The translations under genes were made by a program, and so were the position numbers. Below are positions 43,431 to 53,634 of a stretch of 64,000 nucleotides of DNA, one piece after another. The notes below the pieces were generated by a model. It saw only the letters and a list, made by a program, of their open reading frames with translations, did not search any database and had not been told where the DNA came from. The DNA is from a virus. Position 1 is the stretch's first letter. Every line of letters begins with the position of its first letter. The stretch covers positions 262,762 to 326,761 of the IMG/VR virus record IMGVR_UViG_3300020429_000529, one strand, 5' to 3'.

Positions 43431-43810
43431 AAACGATCATCGCAGGCAGCAGAGACATCGCAGACTACGAAGCCCTTTGTCAGGCTATCGAAGGCGCTCC
43501 GTTCGGAGTAACTCACTTTATCTCAGGCGGAGCAAGAGGCGTTGACTCAATGGCAGAGCGATATGCCAAAGAGAACGAGATGCCGATTACGATTTTTCCC
43601 GCGCAATGGTCGAAACACGGAAGAAGGGCCGGACCCATTCGTAACTCTCAAATGGCTGCGGAGGCAGAAGCCCTAATCGCCCTTTGGGATGGAGAGTCTC
43701 GGGGAACCGCTCACATGATCGAGACTATGAAGAAACAGAACAAGGCAACTCATGTTGTCATTTTACAGTCATCGGGTAAAGTTCCCCTCGATGACGACAT
43801 ACTTTCTTAG
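43427..43810 (+). CDS. SLOG/DprA-like Rossmann-fold protein (DUF2493-like)
   Basis: IIAGSRD...GGARGVD...WDGESRGT pattern. Confidence 0.4.
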   Translation: MKTIIAGSRDIADYEALCQAIEGAPFGVTHFISGGARGVDSMAERYAKENEMPITIFPAQWSKHGRRAGPIRNSQMAAEAEALIALWDGESRGTAHMIETMKKQNKATHVVILQSSGKVPLDDDILS

Positions 43811-43820
43811 GAGGAAGACA

Positions 43821-44042
43821 ATGGCTTTTTACAAGACAACGACTGCGGATCACAAGCCGTCAATTGGCGTGCTTGCTGATTTGATTCGCAAGCATGGCGC
43901 TCACTCAGGAGAGGTAGAAGCGTACATGACCCGTTTCCAAGACGACACTTCATTCTGCAAGAGAGCCAATCTATTGATCGGCGCTGGCGGAATTGTCGAT
44001 GTGATTGCAGAGGGCACAAGCGATGCCCAAGATGAGGAGTAA
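43821..44042 (+). CDS. small hypothetical protein
   Basis: AGGAGGAAGACA-ATG strong SD. Confidence 0.4.
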   Translation: MAFYKTTTADHKPSIGVLADLIRKHGAHSGEVEAYMTRFQDDTSFCKRANLLIGAGGIVDVIAEGTSDAQDEE

Positions 44043-44045
44043 GGA

Positions 44046-44807
44046 ATGATTTCGACCGAAGAACTACAAGAGACGCTGAATATCAAACTCGCCGAAGAAG
44101 TTGCAGCAGAAATCGCAAACACCTTTGAGACAAGGGCAAATAACGAGAACCTTGAGCTTGAGTTCCGAATTCCTGCGGGACAAGGGCGAATGGAAGGTAC
44201 TCTGGACGGTCCTAACACCTGGTTCAAGTTCGATGCCGAAGAAGGCACGACTCTTGCGAGGGTCAGAGACATCATTGTTGATGTGTTCTCAGAGGATTTC
44301 GATCTGAATGACGGTAAGGCGTCGGCCCGTATGGATGCCCGCCGCAACATCATTGATGGTTTCGTCGATCAGGTCAGAACCGTTCTCAACAGCGGTCAGT
44401 TCCATGAGGAGATTGCTGGCACGATCCGTCGAGTTTGTTTGCAGAACATCCCCGAAGAGATCCATCCGCTCGATGTCATTCGTTTCTTGGAGATCGAGAT
44501 CGGAGACGGCAATCCCGATGAGGTTCTGCTCATCATCGAAAAGAAAGCGCTCGTTGACTCTGCGACAGGGCAGTTCATAAACCCGCCTGTCTCCGTGCAA
44601 GAAGTTCTGCATGAAGAGCATCGAGAGACTGGTAAGGATTTCAATCAGATCATCGAAGAGAAGAAGGCAGCAGGCGACGAGCGATTCGACCTTGTTACAG
44701 GTGCCAGAACTGTACGGTATGCTTTCGAGGTCCATTGCGATATCGCCGTAGACTACTCTCTTGCGGAGCGATCTGATGTCCCAAAGCCTCGTATTGCCCA
44801 AACCTGA
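44046..44807 (+). CDS. hypothetical protein
   Basis: 253-aa ORF. Confidence 0.4.
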   Translation: MISTEELQETLNIKLAEEVAAEIANTFETRANNENLELEFRIPAGQGRMEGTLDGPNTWFKFDAEEGTTLARVRDIIVDVFSEDFDLNDGKASARMDARRNIIDGFVDQVRTVLNSGQFHEEIAGTIRRVCLQNIPEEIHPLDVIRFLEIEIGDGNPDEVLLIIEKKALVDSATGQFINPPVSVQEVLHEEHRETGKDFNQIIEEKKAAGDERFDLVTGARTVRYAFEVHCDIAVDYSLAERSDVPKPRIAQT

Positions 44808-45348
44808 AGAACTGAAGATTCGTCTTAGTCCGTATTCGACTCTGTACGAAAGAGCCCAAGAAGTACCCGTCTCCAAAGAGGGTTTCGAGGACGCTGATTC
44901 TACGCGAGCATACTGCGATCGACTTATTGCTCTTCTCGAATCAACAGGCAACAGAGGTATTGGCCTGGCTGCAAATCAGGCAGGACTATTGTTGCGCATC
45001 TTCATCTGTCGAGACAATCTCAACGATCCTGCTGCAAAAGATCGCCCTTGCCGAGCATATATCAACCCGAAGATTTTGAGCGGCTATGGGGGCAAGATCG
45101 CCGAAACAGAAGGATGCTTGAGTTTTCCAGGCGTCAATGGACCCGTCGAAAGATATCAGACAATCGATGCGGAATGGTACGATATTAATGGAGCGAAGCA
45201 TCATCAGCCTTTGACGGGTCTGCATGCACGGTGTTTCATCCATGAAGTCGATCATTTGGATGGGGTAAATATCCCCGACCGTTTCGACGATGCCGCCCTC
45301 AAGAGGAACAGAGCGGCCCTCAAGCGGCTCGGATATCGCCGCCACTGA
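44776..45348 (+). CDS. def: peptide deformylase
   Basis: GIGLAANQ, EGCLSFPG and HEVDHLDG motifs. Confidence 0.75.
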   Translation: MSQSLVLPKPEELKIRLSPYSTLYERAQEVPVSKEGFEDADSTRAYCDRLIALLESTGNRGIGLAANQAGLLLRIFICRDNLNDPAAKDRPCRAYINPKILSGYGGKIAETEGCLSFPGVNGPVERYQTIDAEWYDINGAKHHQPLTGLHARCFIHEVDHLDGVNIPDRFDDAALKRNRAALKRLGYRRH

Positions 45349-45357
45349 CTCCCGCCG

Positions 45358-45386
45358 TTGCAGGTGTAACGATATGAGGCTATGAT
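45358..45386 (+). promoter_or_regulatory. sigma-70-like promoter (TTGCAG-17-TATGAT) with TTGCAGGTG extended -35
   Basis: ttgcag gtgtaacgatatgaggc tatgat upstream of AAGGAG-ATG 45461. Confidence 0.5.
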
Positions 45387-45460
45387 AGTGAAGCCTCAAT
45401 ATGGGACAGCCTTCGTAGGGCAGACCCATGGAGATCGAACACCGACGAAGGAGTCAAACG

Positions 45461-47356
45461 ATGCTGACGCGAGTGATTCTGGGGATCTTCGCCATGGTCC
45501 TGACGACCGTGGCGAACGTCGCCCATGCGCAAGACGGAAAGAGTTTCACCGATCAGTTGGGCCGAGCGCCCATCGGCGATGTCGAACAGGACGGGCCCTG
45601 GAATGTCGGCTACATTCTTTGGGGCGCAGACCTCATTACCTTCAACGCCAATGGCAACAACCTGACGACGCAGCGAGGTTCGCTCTTCGACGAGAAGGGA
45701 CTGAACATCAACCTGGTGTCTTGCGATGATCCCTACGAGGCGATCCGCAGGTACATGGCTGGCGATCTTCATGTCCTTCGCATGACGGGCACCATGGCGG
45801 CGCTCGCTGCGGATGTCATCAATGCCGACCCGAGAACGAGGACGCATTACCTCCTGCAGATGTCATGGAGCGGCGGCGACCACCTTGTGGTTCGAGGCAA
45901 CATCAAGACGGTCGGCGACATGAAGGGCAAGACCTTCGCTGTTCAGCGGGGCGGTCCTCATATCAAGCTGATGAACGATGCGCTCGCCACGGACGGGTTG
46001 ACCTGGGGCGATATCAATGTCGTTTGGGCCGACACCATCACGGGGCCTGGCAGCGCCGCTGAGTTGTTCAAGAATGACCCGAACATCGATGGCTGCACCG
46101 TTGTTACTCCCGACATGTTCGGTCTGACCGGCGGTTTGCAGGCGATCGGCGACGGTCGAGATGGAACGATCAACGGTTCGAGAGTTCTGGTCTCAACGGC
46201 TGAACTGTCCCGTTCGATCGCCGACTGCTTCTTCATTCGCGCCGATTTCTGGGACTCGAACCGAGCCGAGGTCGAGGCGTTCGCTGCCGCTTGGCTCAAG
46301 TCTGCCGAACAGATGGTTCAGATGTCTGCCGAGTACGACGATCGAGGCAATGCCGACTACGAGGATGTTCTTCGGTTTGCCGTCGAGACCTACGGCAAGG
46401 TAGCGCTTCCTAATGAAGCCGAAGCGCATGGTCTCTTTCTCGATGCTCGTATCGTTGGGTATCCTGGTCAGATCGTCTTCTTTGAAGAGTCGAACAACCC
46501 TGTCGGCTTCGACAAGTTCTCTGACGAAACGATCGGCATTGCTCGTACTCTCGGGTATGTTCGCAATCCCAACTCCTTCCTGCCCACTCCGCTGAACTGG
46601 GGCTCTCGTTCGTTCGTCGGCTACCTCGACAACACGAATGTTCAGCGCAAGGAGCGCTTCAACGAGGAAATCGTTGCGGAGATCGAGAACTTCGACCTGG
46701 GCGATTTCGACGATCGAACCATCACGAAGTTCGAGATCAACTTCGATGTTGGTCAGGCAGACTTCCCTTACGCTCGCTTCGCTTCATCGTTCGATCGAGT
46801 TCTTGAGCAGCTTCCTCGATACGGTTCTGCTGCGATCGTCATTCGAGGTCACGCTGACCCGACTGCTACGCTGCGAGACATCGTTCGAGCGGGCAAGGAA
46901 CTTGGCGTCATTACCAATCAGCAGGGCGAGGGAGCGGATGCGGTCTACACGATCAGCGGTCGTCCTGTTCGCATCACCAGCATCGAGAACCTGATTCAGC
47001 TTGTCGAAGGCGGCGCTTTCGACGGAGCGGGCGTTGCGAATCCTCGGGAGACCTTCTCTGCGGCTATTCGTCTTGCAAGCAACCGAGGCGAATCGGTTCG
47101 GCAGATTCTCATCGAAGAGGCCGAGAAGCGAGGCGTCTACCTTGATCCTTCTCAGATCCAGGTTCAGGGCGTCGGCATTCGAGAGCCGTTGTACGCTCGT
47201 CCTTCCGGTTCGGGTTCGATGCCCGCTCGCGGTACGCCCGAGTTCAATCAATGGATGGACGAGGCAAGGCGTCAGGCGGCTGCCAACCGTCGTATCGAGT
47301 TCCGTCTGATCCGAGTCTCTGCTGAAGCGCAGAACGCTCAGGACTTCGACTTCTGA
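45461..47356 (+). CDS. secreted NitT/TauT-type substrate-binding-like domain fused to C-terminal OmpA-like domain
   Basis: Signal peptide MLTRVILGIFAMVLTTVANVAHA; SBP-like core; C-terminus VIRGHADPTAT...NRGESVRQILI OmpA_C-like. Confidence 0.5.
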   Translation: MLTRVILGIFAMVLTTVANVAHAQDGKSFTDQLGRAPIGDVEQDGPWNVGYILWGADLITFNANGNNLTTQRGSLFDEKGLNINLVSCDDPYEAIRRYMAGDLHVLRMTGTMAALAADVINADPRTRTHYLLQMSWSGGDHLVVRGNIKTVGDMKGKTFAVQRGGPHIKLMNDALATDGLTWGDINVVWADTITGPGSAAELFKNDPNIDGCTVVTPDMFGLTGGLQAIGDGRDGTINGSRVLVSTAELSRSIADCFFIRADFWDSNRAEVEAFAAAWLKSAEQMVQMSAEYDDRGNADYEDVLRFAVETYGKVALPNEAEAHGLFLDARIVGYPGQIVFFEESNNPVGFDKFSDETIGIARTLGYVRNPNSFLPTPLNWGSRSFVGYLDNTNVQRKERFNEEIVAEIENFDLGDFDDRTITKFEINFDVGQADFPYARFASSFDRVLEQLPRYGSAAIVIRGHADPTATLRDIVRAGKELGVITNQQGEGADAVYTISGRPVRITSIENLIQLVEGGAFDGAGVANPRETFSAAIRLASNRGESVRQILIEEAEKRGVYLDPSQIQVQGVGIREPLYARPSGSGSMPARGTPEFNQWMDEARRQAAANRRIEFRLIRVSAEAQNAQDFDF

Positions 47357-47384
47357 TCGTTGGGCATCGAGCAATAGGAGACTC

Positions 47385-48311
47385 ATGATGAAGATCATCG
47401 CAACACTCATCGCGTTCATTCTCGCGCCGCTTTGTATGGCGCAAGATTCGACGCCCAACGCCTTCTACCAGGACAATGTTGTCGTCGTCTTCGACGCCAG
47501 CGGTTCCATGGAGTGGGAGTTCAAGGGCGGAGGCACCGGCGAAGACCGCATCACGGTCGCTCGCAGGTCTCTCAAGGCCGTTCTGCAGCAAATCCCTTCG
47601 ACCACGAATGTCGGCATTCTCGTCTTCGGCGGGCAGCGAGGATGGATCTACGAGCTTGGACCCGCTGATCCGCAGAAGCTCGCTGAGGCTGTCGATCGCA
47701 TCAGAACGGGCGGAGGTACGCCTCTCGGTTCGTACATCAAGCAAGGCTGCGATATGCTGCTCTCTCAAAGAGACCAGCAAAACAACAACGGCAACTACAA
47801 GCTGCTGATCGTAACGGACGGCGATGCTGATGATGGGCGAGAAGCTCGACTGATGAACGAGTACGCCCCCATGGTCAAGCAGCGGGGCATCGTTCTTGAT
47901 GTCATCGCTCTCGACTTCGAGGGAGGTAATCGCCATGCGTTGTCGCAGCATGCTTCGATCTATCGTCCGGCGAATGACCCGAATGCAATGACTCAGCAGT
48001 TGCAGGAGGCTTTTGCTGAGGTCGGCGGTACGGATACGGTTGCATTCGAGGAAGCCATTGAAGAGATTGCTTTCCTTGACAGCGACAGGGCTCTTGCGCT
48101 GATTCAGGGGTTTGCGAATCCTCCGAATCAACCGCTCGGACAGAATGCTATTCCGACTAATGCGAGACGACAGGTCAATGGTTCTTCTGCTCAGCAGTCT
48201 CAATCGCAGCAGACGCAGGGGGCCGCTCCGATCGGAGCTATCTTCGGAATCGGAGCCATTGTCGTTGTCGTCATCATTGTGATCGTCATCCTCTCTGCCA
48301 TGAGGTACTGA
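47385..48311 (+). CDS. secreted von Willebrand factor A domain protein with C-terminal TM anchor
   Basis: Signal peptide; VVVFDASGSM MIDAS; GGTPLG; C-terminal IGAIVVVVIIVIVIL helix. Confidence 0.6.
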   Translation: MMKIIATLIAFILAPLCMAQDSTPNAFYQDNVVVVFDASGSMEWEFKGGGTGEDRITVARRSLKAVLQQIPSTTNVGILVFGGQRGWIYELGPADPQKLAEAVDRIRTGGGTPLGSYIKQGCDMLLSQRDQQNNNGNYKLLIVTDGDADDGREARLMNEYAPMVKQRGIVLDVIALDFEGGNRHALSQHASIYRPANDPNAMTQQLQEAFAEVGGTDTVAFEEAIEEIAFLDSDRALALIQGFANPPNQPLGQNAIPTNARRQVNGSSAQQSQSQQTQGAAPIGAIFGIGAIVVVVIIVIVILSAMRY

Positions 48312-48312
48312 T

Positions 48313-49896
48313 ATGCCCAGCAAAGGACCAGCAAGAACGCTGGCGATTGCGGGCGTATGGATTGTCGTCATCCTCGCAATCGTCCTGACCGTCAAGTTCA
48401 TCGTCTTTCCATCGCAGAAGCAGGCGGCGATCGACGAGACCAGCGCATCAAGCCGCTACAAGGAAGAGGTTCGTTTCGGCCTCGACAACTTTTCGTCCTA
48501 CGCGACAATCCGTTCCGAAGATATGGCGAACGATCTCGGACAGTCGGGTATCCGCTTGGAGCTTGTCTCCGACAATGCCGACTACACCGATCGTCTGAAG
48601 CGCATCAAGAACGGCGATCTTGATATGGCGGCGTTTACTCTTGACGCCCTTATCCTCGCTACGATCGAGTTGGGCGAAGCTCCCGCTGTTGCGGTCGCCA
48701 TGATCGATGCGACGGTCGGCGCTGATGGGATCGTTGCATGGGAGTCATCTGTCGCCAGTCTTGACGACCTGAATACGGCTGATGCGAGAATCCTCGGTAC
48801 GCCCCTGTCTCCGAGCGAAACCGTCAGCCGTATCACCAAATCGCACTTTCTGCCCAACATGCCAGATAACAACTGGTTTCTTGAGGCAAATGGCGCGCAA
48901 GATGTTTTCAACAGAATGCGACAGTATCGAGGAAAGCGGGTCGCATTTGCTCTCTGGGAGCCTTGGCTATCGAAGGCTGTTGCTGATCCTGGTATTCATG
49001 TCCTGATTGACAGCGGCAACATGCCCGATGCCATTGTTGATGTCATCGTTGTTCGCCGTCAGTTCCTTATCTCGAATCCGAGCGCTACAAGAGCGGTAGT
49101 CGAATCGTACCTGAGATCAGCTTACTCGCATCAGTCTGATATGCCCGCTCTTCTCATGGCCGATGCCAAGCAGCATGCAGATGAAATAACTCTCGACCAG
49201 GCTAAGTCGATTGTCAAGGGCATTCTTTGGAAGCGAACGATTGAGAACTACGCTCATTTCGGCTTGCTGCCAAGGCATGAGGCTGGCGGTCTGACCCATA
49301 TAGAGGACATGATCGCCAATATCACTCGGGTTCTGGTAGATACTGGCGCTATCTCTGCGGACAACATTGTCTATGGCAGAGAGAACACGCTCTACAACGA
49401 CAGCATCTTGCAGGCGATGCGAGAGAACAACTTCCATCCCGGCGATCGCAGTACCGTTGTCCAGAACTCGGGCGGTCGAGCAACCCTTGGAGACCTGGCA
49501 ACGGGCGCTCGTCCTGATCTTGGAAGCGTTCGAGGCGTTGAACAACTGCCGCCATTGTCCGAAGAGGAATGGAACTCCCTTATCGCTGTTGGAAGCCTCA
49601 AGGTCGAAGAACTCGATTTCCGTCGAGGAAGTTCTGACCTGAGCGGTTCGAGCAAGCGAGAGCTTCGGACGTTGGCGACGACGCTTGAAAACTTCCCTCG
49701 GTACTACTTGCTCGTCATCGGTAAGTCTCAGGGCGAGGATTCGGAATCGAATCGAACGTTTGCCCAAGAAAGAGCGCAGTCTGCGCTGGACTACCTTACC
49801 GATCTCGGCGTCAACCCCAATCGTCTCCGAGCGATCGGAACCGTAACCAGCGATTCATCTTCAGTTCAGTTCGTCGTAGGACAAAGGTCGTACTAA
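48313..49896 (+). CDS. membrane-anchored SBP-like domain fused to C-terminal OmpA-like domain (paralog of 45461..47356)
   Basis: N-terminal TM; C-terminus YYLLVIGKSQGEDSESNRTFAQERAQSALDYL OmpA_C-like. Confidence 0.5.
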   Translation: MPSKGPARTLAIAGVWIVVILAIVLTVKFIVFPSQKQAAIDETSASSRYKEEVRFGLDNFSSYATIRSEDMANDLGQSGIRLELVSDNADYTDRLKRIKNGDLDMAAFTLDALILATIELGEAPAVAVAMIDATVGADGIVAWESSVASLDDLNTADARILGTPLSPSETVSRITKSHFLPNMPDNNWFLEANGAQDVFNRMRQYRGKRVAFALWEPWLSKAVADPGIHVLIDSGNMPDAIVDVIVVRRQFLISNPSATRAVVESYLRSAYSHQSDMPALLMADAKQHADEITLDQAKSIVKGILWKRTIENYAHFGLLPRHEAGGLTHIEDMIANITRVLVDTGAISADNIVYGRENTLYNDSILQAMRENNFHPGDRSTVVQNSGGRATLGDLATGARPDLGSVRGVEQLPPLSEEEWNSLIAVGSLKVEELDFRRGSSDLSGSSKRELRTLATTLENFPRYYLLVIGKSQGEDSESNRTFAQERAQSALDYLTDLGVNPNRLRAIGTVTSDSSSVQFVVGQRSY

Positions 49897-50669
49897 TGCC
49901 TCGTCGAGAAGCCTTCAAGCAAAGAGTCATGATTGAGACAGCGGCATCGCTGCCGGTCCTGATTCCGACTGTTCTCGGAGTCACGGCGGGTATCGCTGGT
50001 ATCATCACGACTCCCCTTGTCGCCGCAGGCGGAGGCATTCTCGTCCTGATCGGCGGTGGTATCTGGGCGACTCGGATGATGAGCCCTCAAAGCGATATCC
50101 ATGAGAAGACCTGGAAAAAGATGGCAGAGGAAGAAGAGCGCAAAGAACAGGCTCGACTCGATGCTCTAAGCGAACATCTTGAACAGGACGGCGACCATCG
50201 AACAGAAAGCGCTCTTTCGGATATGCGGCAACTGATCCATTCGCTTAAGACTTCTGAGTTGTCAGCGAATGTCGTTCAGTCAGAAGGAATTGTTGACAAG
50301 GCGGAGCGCCTGTTCGAGGCTTCGGTAGACATGCTCGAAAAGACCCTTGGCGTCAATGCGACGATCTCGGGTTTGAGCAGAGGAAGCTCGGCTCGGGCGA
50401 GACTGGAAGAACAGCGCGAGCATATGGTAACGGAGGTACTGACCAATGTAGACCGACTAAGCAGCATCGTTGCCAAGATGCAGACCCTCGGAGCAACAGG
50501 AGACTTTGATTCTGCTGAGGGTCTTCGCGCTGAACTTGAATCGGATTTGGAAATCGTCGCGGAAGTCGAAGAACAGACTCGGCGCTGGGCGCGTGGCGAT
50601 TTTAGCCCCACATCGGGTATAGATTACGATGCCCTCGCCGAGGAAGGAGAACTCCATGGGACTCATTAG
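49896..50669 (+). CDS. membrane protein with cytoplasmic coiled-coil
   Basis: Gly-rich TM hairpin then heptad-rich region. Confidence 0.4.
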   Translation: MPRREAFKQRVMIETAASLPVLIPTVLGVTAGIAGIITTPLVAAGGGILVLIGGGIWATRMMSPQSDIHEKTWKKMAEEEERKEQARLDALSEHLEQDGDHRTESALSDMRQLIHSLKTSELSANVVQSEGIVDKAERLFEASVDMLEKTLGVNATISGLSRGSSARARLEEQREHMVTEVLTNVDRLSSIVAKMQTLGATGDFDSAEGLRAELESDLEIVAEVEEQTRRWARGDFSPTSGIDYDALAEEGELHGTH

Positions 50670-51495
50670 AGCATTTGGACGACTGTGGCGAGCGATTATT
50701 CTTCGTATCTCTGGTAACGCAGAGAACAAGGCTGATCGCATGATGGAAAACGCAAGCGCCATCCGTCAGGAATATCGAGAGATCAGCACCGAACTGCAGG
50801 GCGAACTCACCACCTTCCGAGATTCTGTTGGGCGCATGCTCGCTCAGAAAAAGTCGTTCGAGAAGAAGTCTGACCAGCATGCGACTGAAGCTGAGCGTTT
50901 CGGCAGAATCATGCGAGGCGCTCAGGCGAAGGCCAAGGCGTATGCCGACGAGAAGGGGCTTACGAAGGAACAGGCGCAGTCTGATCCCCAGTTCGTTACG
51001 CTCATGTCGGCGTATCAGGACGCCAAGACCAGTTTCGACCAGGAAACTGCGGCTGCCACAAACTACGCCAACGACGCTGCTGACATGCAGAAGAATCTCG
51101 ATTCGTACATGATCCAACTGCAGCAGAAGCAGCGCATGGTCGAGCAGGTCGCCCGAGAAGGTTCGACGGCGGAGGCTCGGGCGCAAGCGGCGCAGGAGAA
51201 GCAGCGTCTCGCCGAACTGCAGGCGGGAATGTCTTCGCAGAGCAGCACGACAGATCGCCTCAACAAGATCCGAGGCATCGTCGATCAGGTCGAGAGCCGA
51301 GCGGAAGTTACCGCCGAACTGGCGGGCACCAACACGACGGCGCTCGATGCGGAACTCGAACACTACGGCGAGCATGGCGCTGCCGCAGATCAGTTCATGG
51401 GGGACATCTTCGGCACTGACGGAGCCGACGATACCTCAAGGGCTGAGCATATCGAGATCGGGGGCGGAAGCGGCGACGGTAAGCCGAACGCCTGA
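50656..51495 (+). CDS. PspA/IM30/Vipp1 family protein (paralog 2)
   Basis: GAAGGAGAACTCC-ATG; MGLIRAFGRLWRAII N-terminus and coiled-coil. Confidence 0.65.
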   Translation: MGLIRAFGRLWRAIILRISGNAENKADRMMENASAIRQEYREISTELQGELTTFRDSVGRMLAQKKSFEKKSDQHATEAERFGRIMRGAQAKAKAYADEKGLTKEQAQSDPQFVTLMSAYQDAKTSFDQETAAATNYANDAADMQKNLDSYMIQLQQKQRMVEQVAREGSTAEARAQAAQEKQRLAELQAGMSSQSSTTDRLNKIRGIVDQVESRAEVTAELAGTNTTALDAELEHYGEHGAAADQFMGDIFGTDGADDTSRAEHIEIGGGSGDGKPNA

Positions 51496-51556
51496 GCGGA
51501 GCGGCTTGTTGCCGCCGGTAAGAACACACTTCTCAATGACGAAGGAGTCAAAGAAC

Positions 51557-52741
51557 ATGAGACTGTCAAGCATCATCATCGGGACCATTGCAGCCGCCGT
51601 TATCGGCTGCGGCGGTCAGGTCGCTGCCAGCACGAACGAGAGCGCCGATTACCCCGTCGTTACTCACCTGTGGAGCGAGTACCCGTCCTGGTCTGTCTTC
51701 GGCGTTGCGGGCAACCGCGCCGTCGCTCCTGACGAGGGCATCACCTTTGTCGGCAACGGCAAGAGCATCACCATCGAGGCTGGCGAGAGGTATGTCCTCG
51801 TCAATCCGAAGACCGGCGGGTCGATGGGCGTCCTCGAAGATCTCTATGAGATCGACTACAACTTCAGTCAGAAGGATTACGACCCGTGCATGCAGTTGTA
51901 CGGCAACGGCAATGCCGATTCCGTCTGCCTGACCAACATCGACATCCTTCCTTCTTCTCTCAGTCGCCCGTCTGTCATGATCCTCGCTACTTCGACGAGC
52001 GACAGCGCTGATGCGTTCATCGTCGAAGAGAGTCTGGTCGGCGAAAACCTTCTCGCAACTCTCGACAACATCCGCAAGGCGGGCATCGAGGTTCGAGGTC
52101 TCGACAAGTCGGTTTCCGACTTCACTCTGTTCCGCGCCATCGAGGAGGCGGGCGGCAATTGGGAAGACTACGCTGATCTCTGGTCCTACGCTGATCCCGC
52201 CGTCGCTGCTACCGGCATGCAGCAGCGCGATGACAAGTTCCAGGCGATCGTCGTTTGGAATCCCTTCAAGATGGAGACGCTTGCTCGTCGAGGCGACAGC
52301 GTTCGGGTCGTCGTCGATTCTGGCATCATCCCCAATGAGATCATCGACAGCGTATTCATGTCTCAGGCGCTTCTCGATCAGCCCCACGGCGAGCGAGCGG
52401 CGCAGGGCATCATCCATTCGTTCTACGCTGTCTGCGACCGCATGAACGCCTCGACGACAAGGGATGACACTCTCATCGCTATCGGCGAGCGGTTCAGCAA
52501 TCTCAGCCTTGGCGCTATGCGTCAGGTCGTTCGCGAGACCGTCTTCTACGATACCCCGGCGAAGAGCTTCGGCCTCATGACCGATCCGAACTTCCCCGCC
52601 ACCATGGATCGAGTTACGCAGTTCTCGCTCGACCGCGATGCCACGGACCAGCGAGCTACGGTCAGCTTCGGCAATGAGCGAGGCTCCAACCTCCGCATCG
52701 ACGCTTCGTTCATCGAGGCGTACCAGCAGAGCCAGCCCTGA
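51557..52741 (+). CDS. ABC transporter substrate-binding lipoprotein (NitT/TauT-like)
   Basis: GAAGGAG SD; lipobox AVIGC; SBP-like. Confidence 0.5.
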   Translation: MRLSSIIIGTIAAAVIGCGGQVAASTNESADYPVVTHLWSEYPSWSVFGVAGNRAVAPDEGITFVGNGKSITIEAGERYVLVNPKTGGSMGVLEDLYEIDYNFSQKDYDPCMQLYGNGNADSVCLTNIDILPSSLSRPSVMILATSTSDSADAFIVEESLVGENLLATLDNIRKAGIEVRGLDKSVSDFTLFRAIEEAGGNWEDYADLWSYADPAVAATGMQQRDDKFQAIVVWNPFKMETLARRGDSVRVVVDSGIIPNEIIDSVFMSQALLDQPHGERAAQGIIHSFYAVCDRMNASTTRDDTLIAIGERFSNLSLGAMRQVVRETVFYDTPAKSFGLMTDPNFPATMDRVTQFSLDRDATDQRATVSFGNERGSNLRIDASFIEAYQQSQP

Positions 52742-52810
52742 TCTGCGGCCACTCGCGTCGGCTTCGGCTGATGCACTCGCTGCGCCTCGCCCCCAGCGGG
52801 GCGCAGTTTT

Positions 52811-53632
52811 ATGATACGAGGCAGTATTTCAAAACGACGAAGCCTCTTCTTTAGCCTCCTCGCTGTGGCGATCATTGCGATCGGGTATGTTTCCCTATCG
52901 TGGATCATGAACAGTCGAGCCGAGGCAAGGGGAGAGTCCCTAAGCACGATGCCCAACGTCCAACAGTTGTGGGGAGGCTTCAAGGAAGTCTTTACGCCGC
53001 ACTACAGGTCGGGCGAGATTTGGGCCAAGCAAGACGCCATCGCTACGGGCACTCGCTTTGGCCTCGGTCTGTTGGCAACGATTGTTGGATCGATTTCGAT
53101 CGGTCTGATCTCTGGTTGCTTCCGAAGCATCGATGCTTTCTTTACTCCGATCCTTGTATGGATCGCCAAGATTCCGCCTACGGCTGCGCTACCAGTATTT
53201 TTCGCGCTGCTCGGAGCCGACAACACCATGTTCATCGGCCTCGCCATCTTCGGAACCGTTACTGGTTTGTATATGACGAGCCGCAACTCGGTCCTCAACA
53301 TCCCCGAACAGTTGATCCACAAGTCATACATCCTTGGCATCGATCATACAACGGCTGTTACGACGATTGCCGCACGAATGAGCCTCCCGCATATCATCGA
53401 AGGCATCCGTCTCTCCATCGGTCCTCTCATGGTCTATCTGATCGCTGCTGAAGCGCTGAGCGCTGATGTCGGCTTCGGATACACCATTCGAGTCCAGGCT
53501 CGCATCAATGACATGAAGGTCGTTTATCCTTACCTGTTGATGCTCTCGATGTTCGGGCTCTTTGTTGACTGGATCTTTGTTTGGCTCAAGCGGCTTCTCT
53601 GCTCATGGGCTATTGAGAAGCAGGAGAAATAA
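52811..53632 (+). CDS. ABC transporter permease
   Basis: Six TM segments, binding-protein-dependent permease-like core. Confidence 0.6.
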   Translation: MIRGSISKRRSLFFSLLAVAIIAIGYVSLSWIMNSRAEARGESLSTMPNVQQLWGGFKEVFTPHYRSGEIWAKQDAIATGTRFGLGLLATIVGSISIGLISGCFRSIDAFFTPILVWIAKIPPTAALPVFFALLGADNTMFIGLAIFGTVTGLYMTSRNSVLNIPEQLIHKSYILGIDHTTAVTTIAARMSLPHIIEGIRLSIGPLMVYLIAAEALSADVGFGYTIRVQARINDMKVVYPYLLMLSMFGLFVDWIFVWLKRLLCSWAIEKQEK

Positions 53633-53634
53633 TC

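Noticed and set aside
47244-48401. 385-aa minus-strand ORF antisense to the vWA and SBP-OmpA genes; similarly 51566-52417, 58440-59201 and 61840-62832
   Set aside because: These are long antisense frames with low-complexity R/L/D-rich composition in a GC-rich block. The sense strand carries recognisable domains and SD sites.
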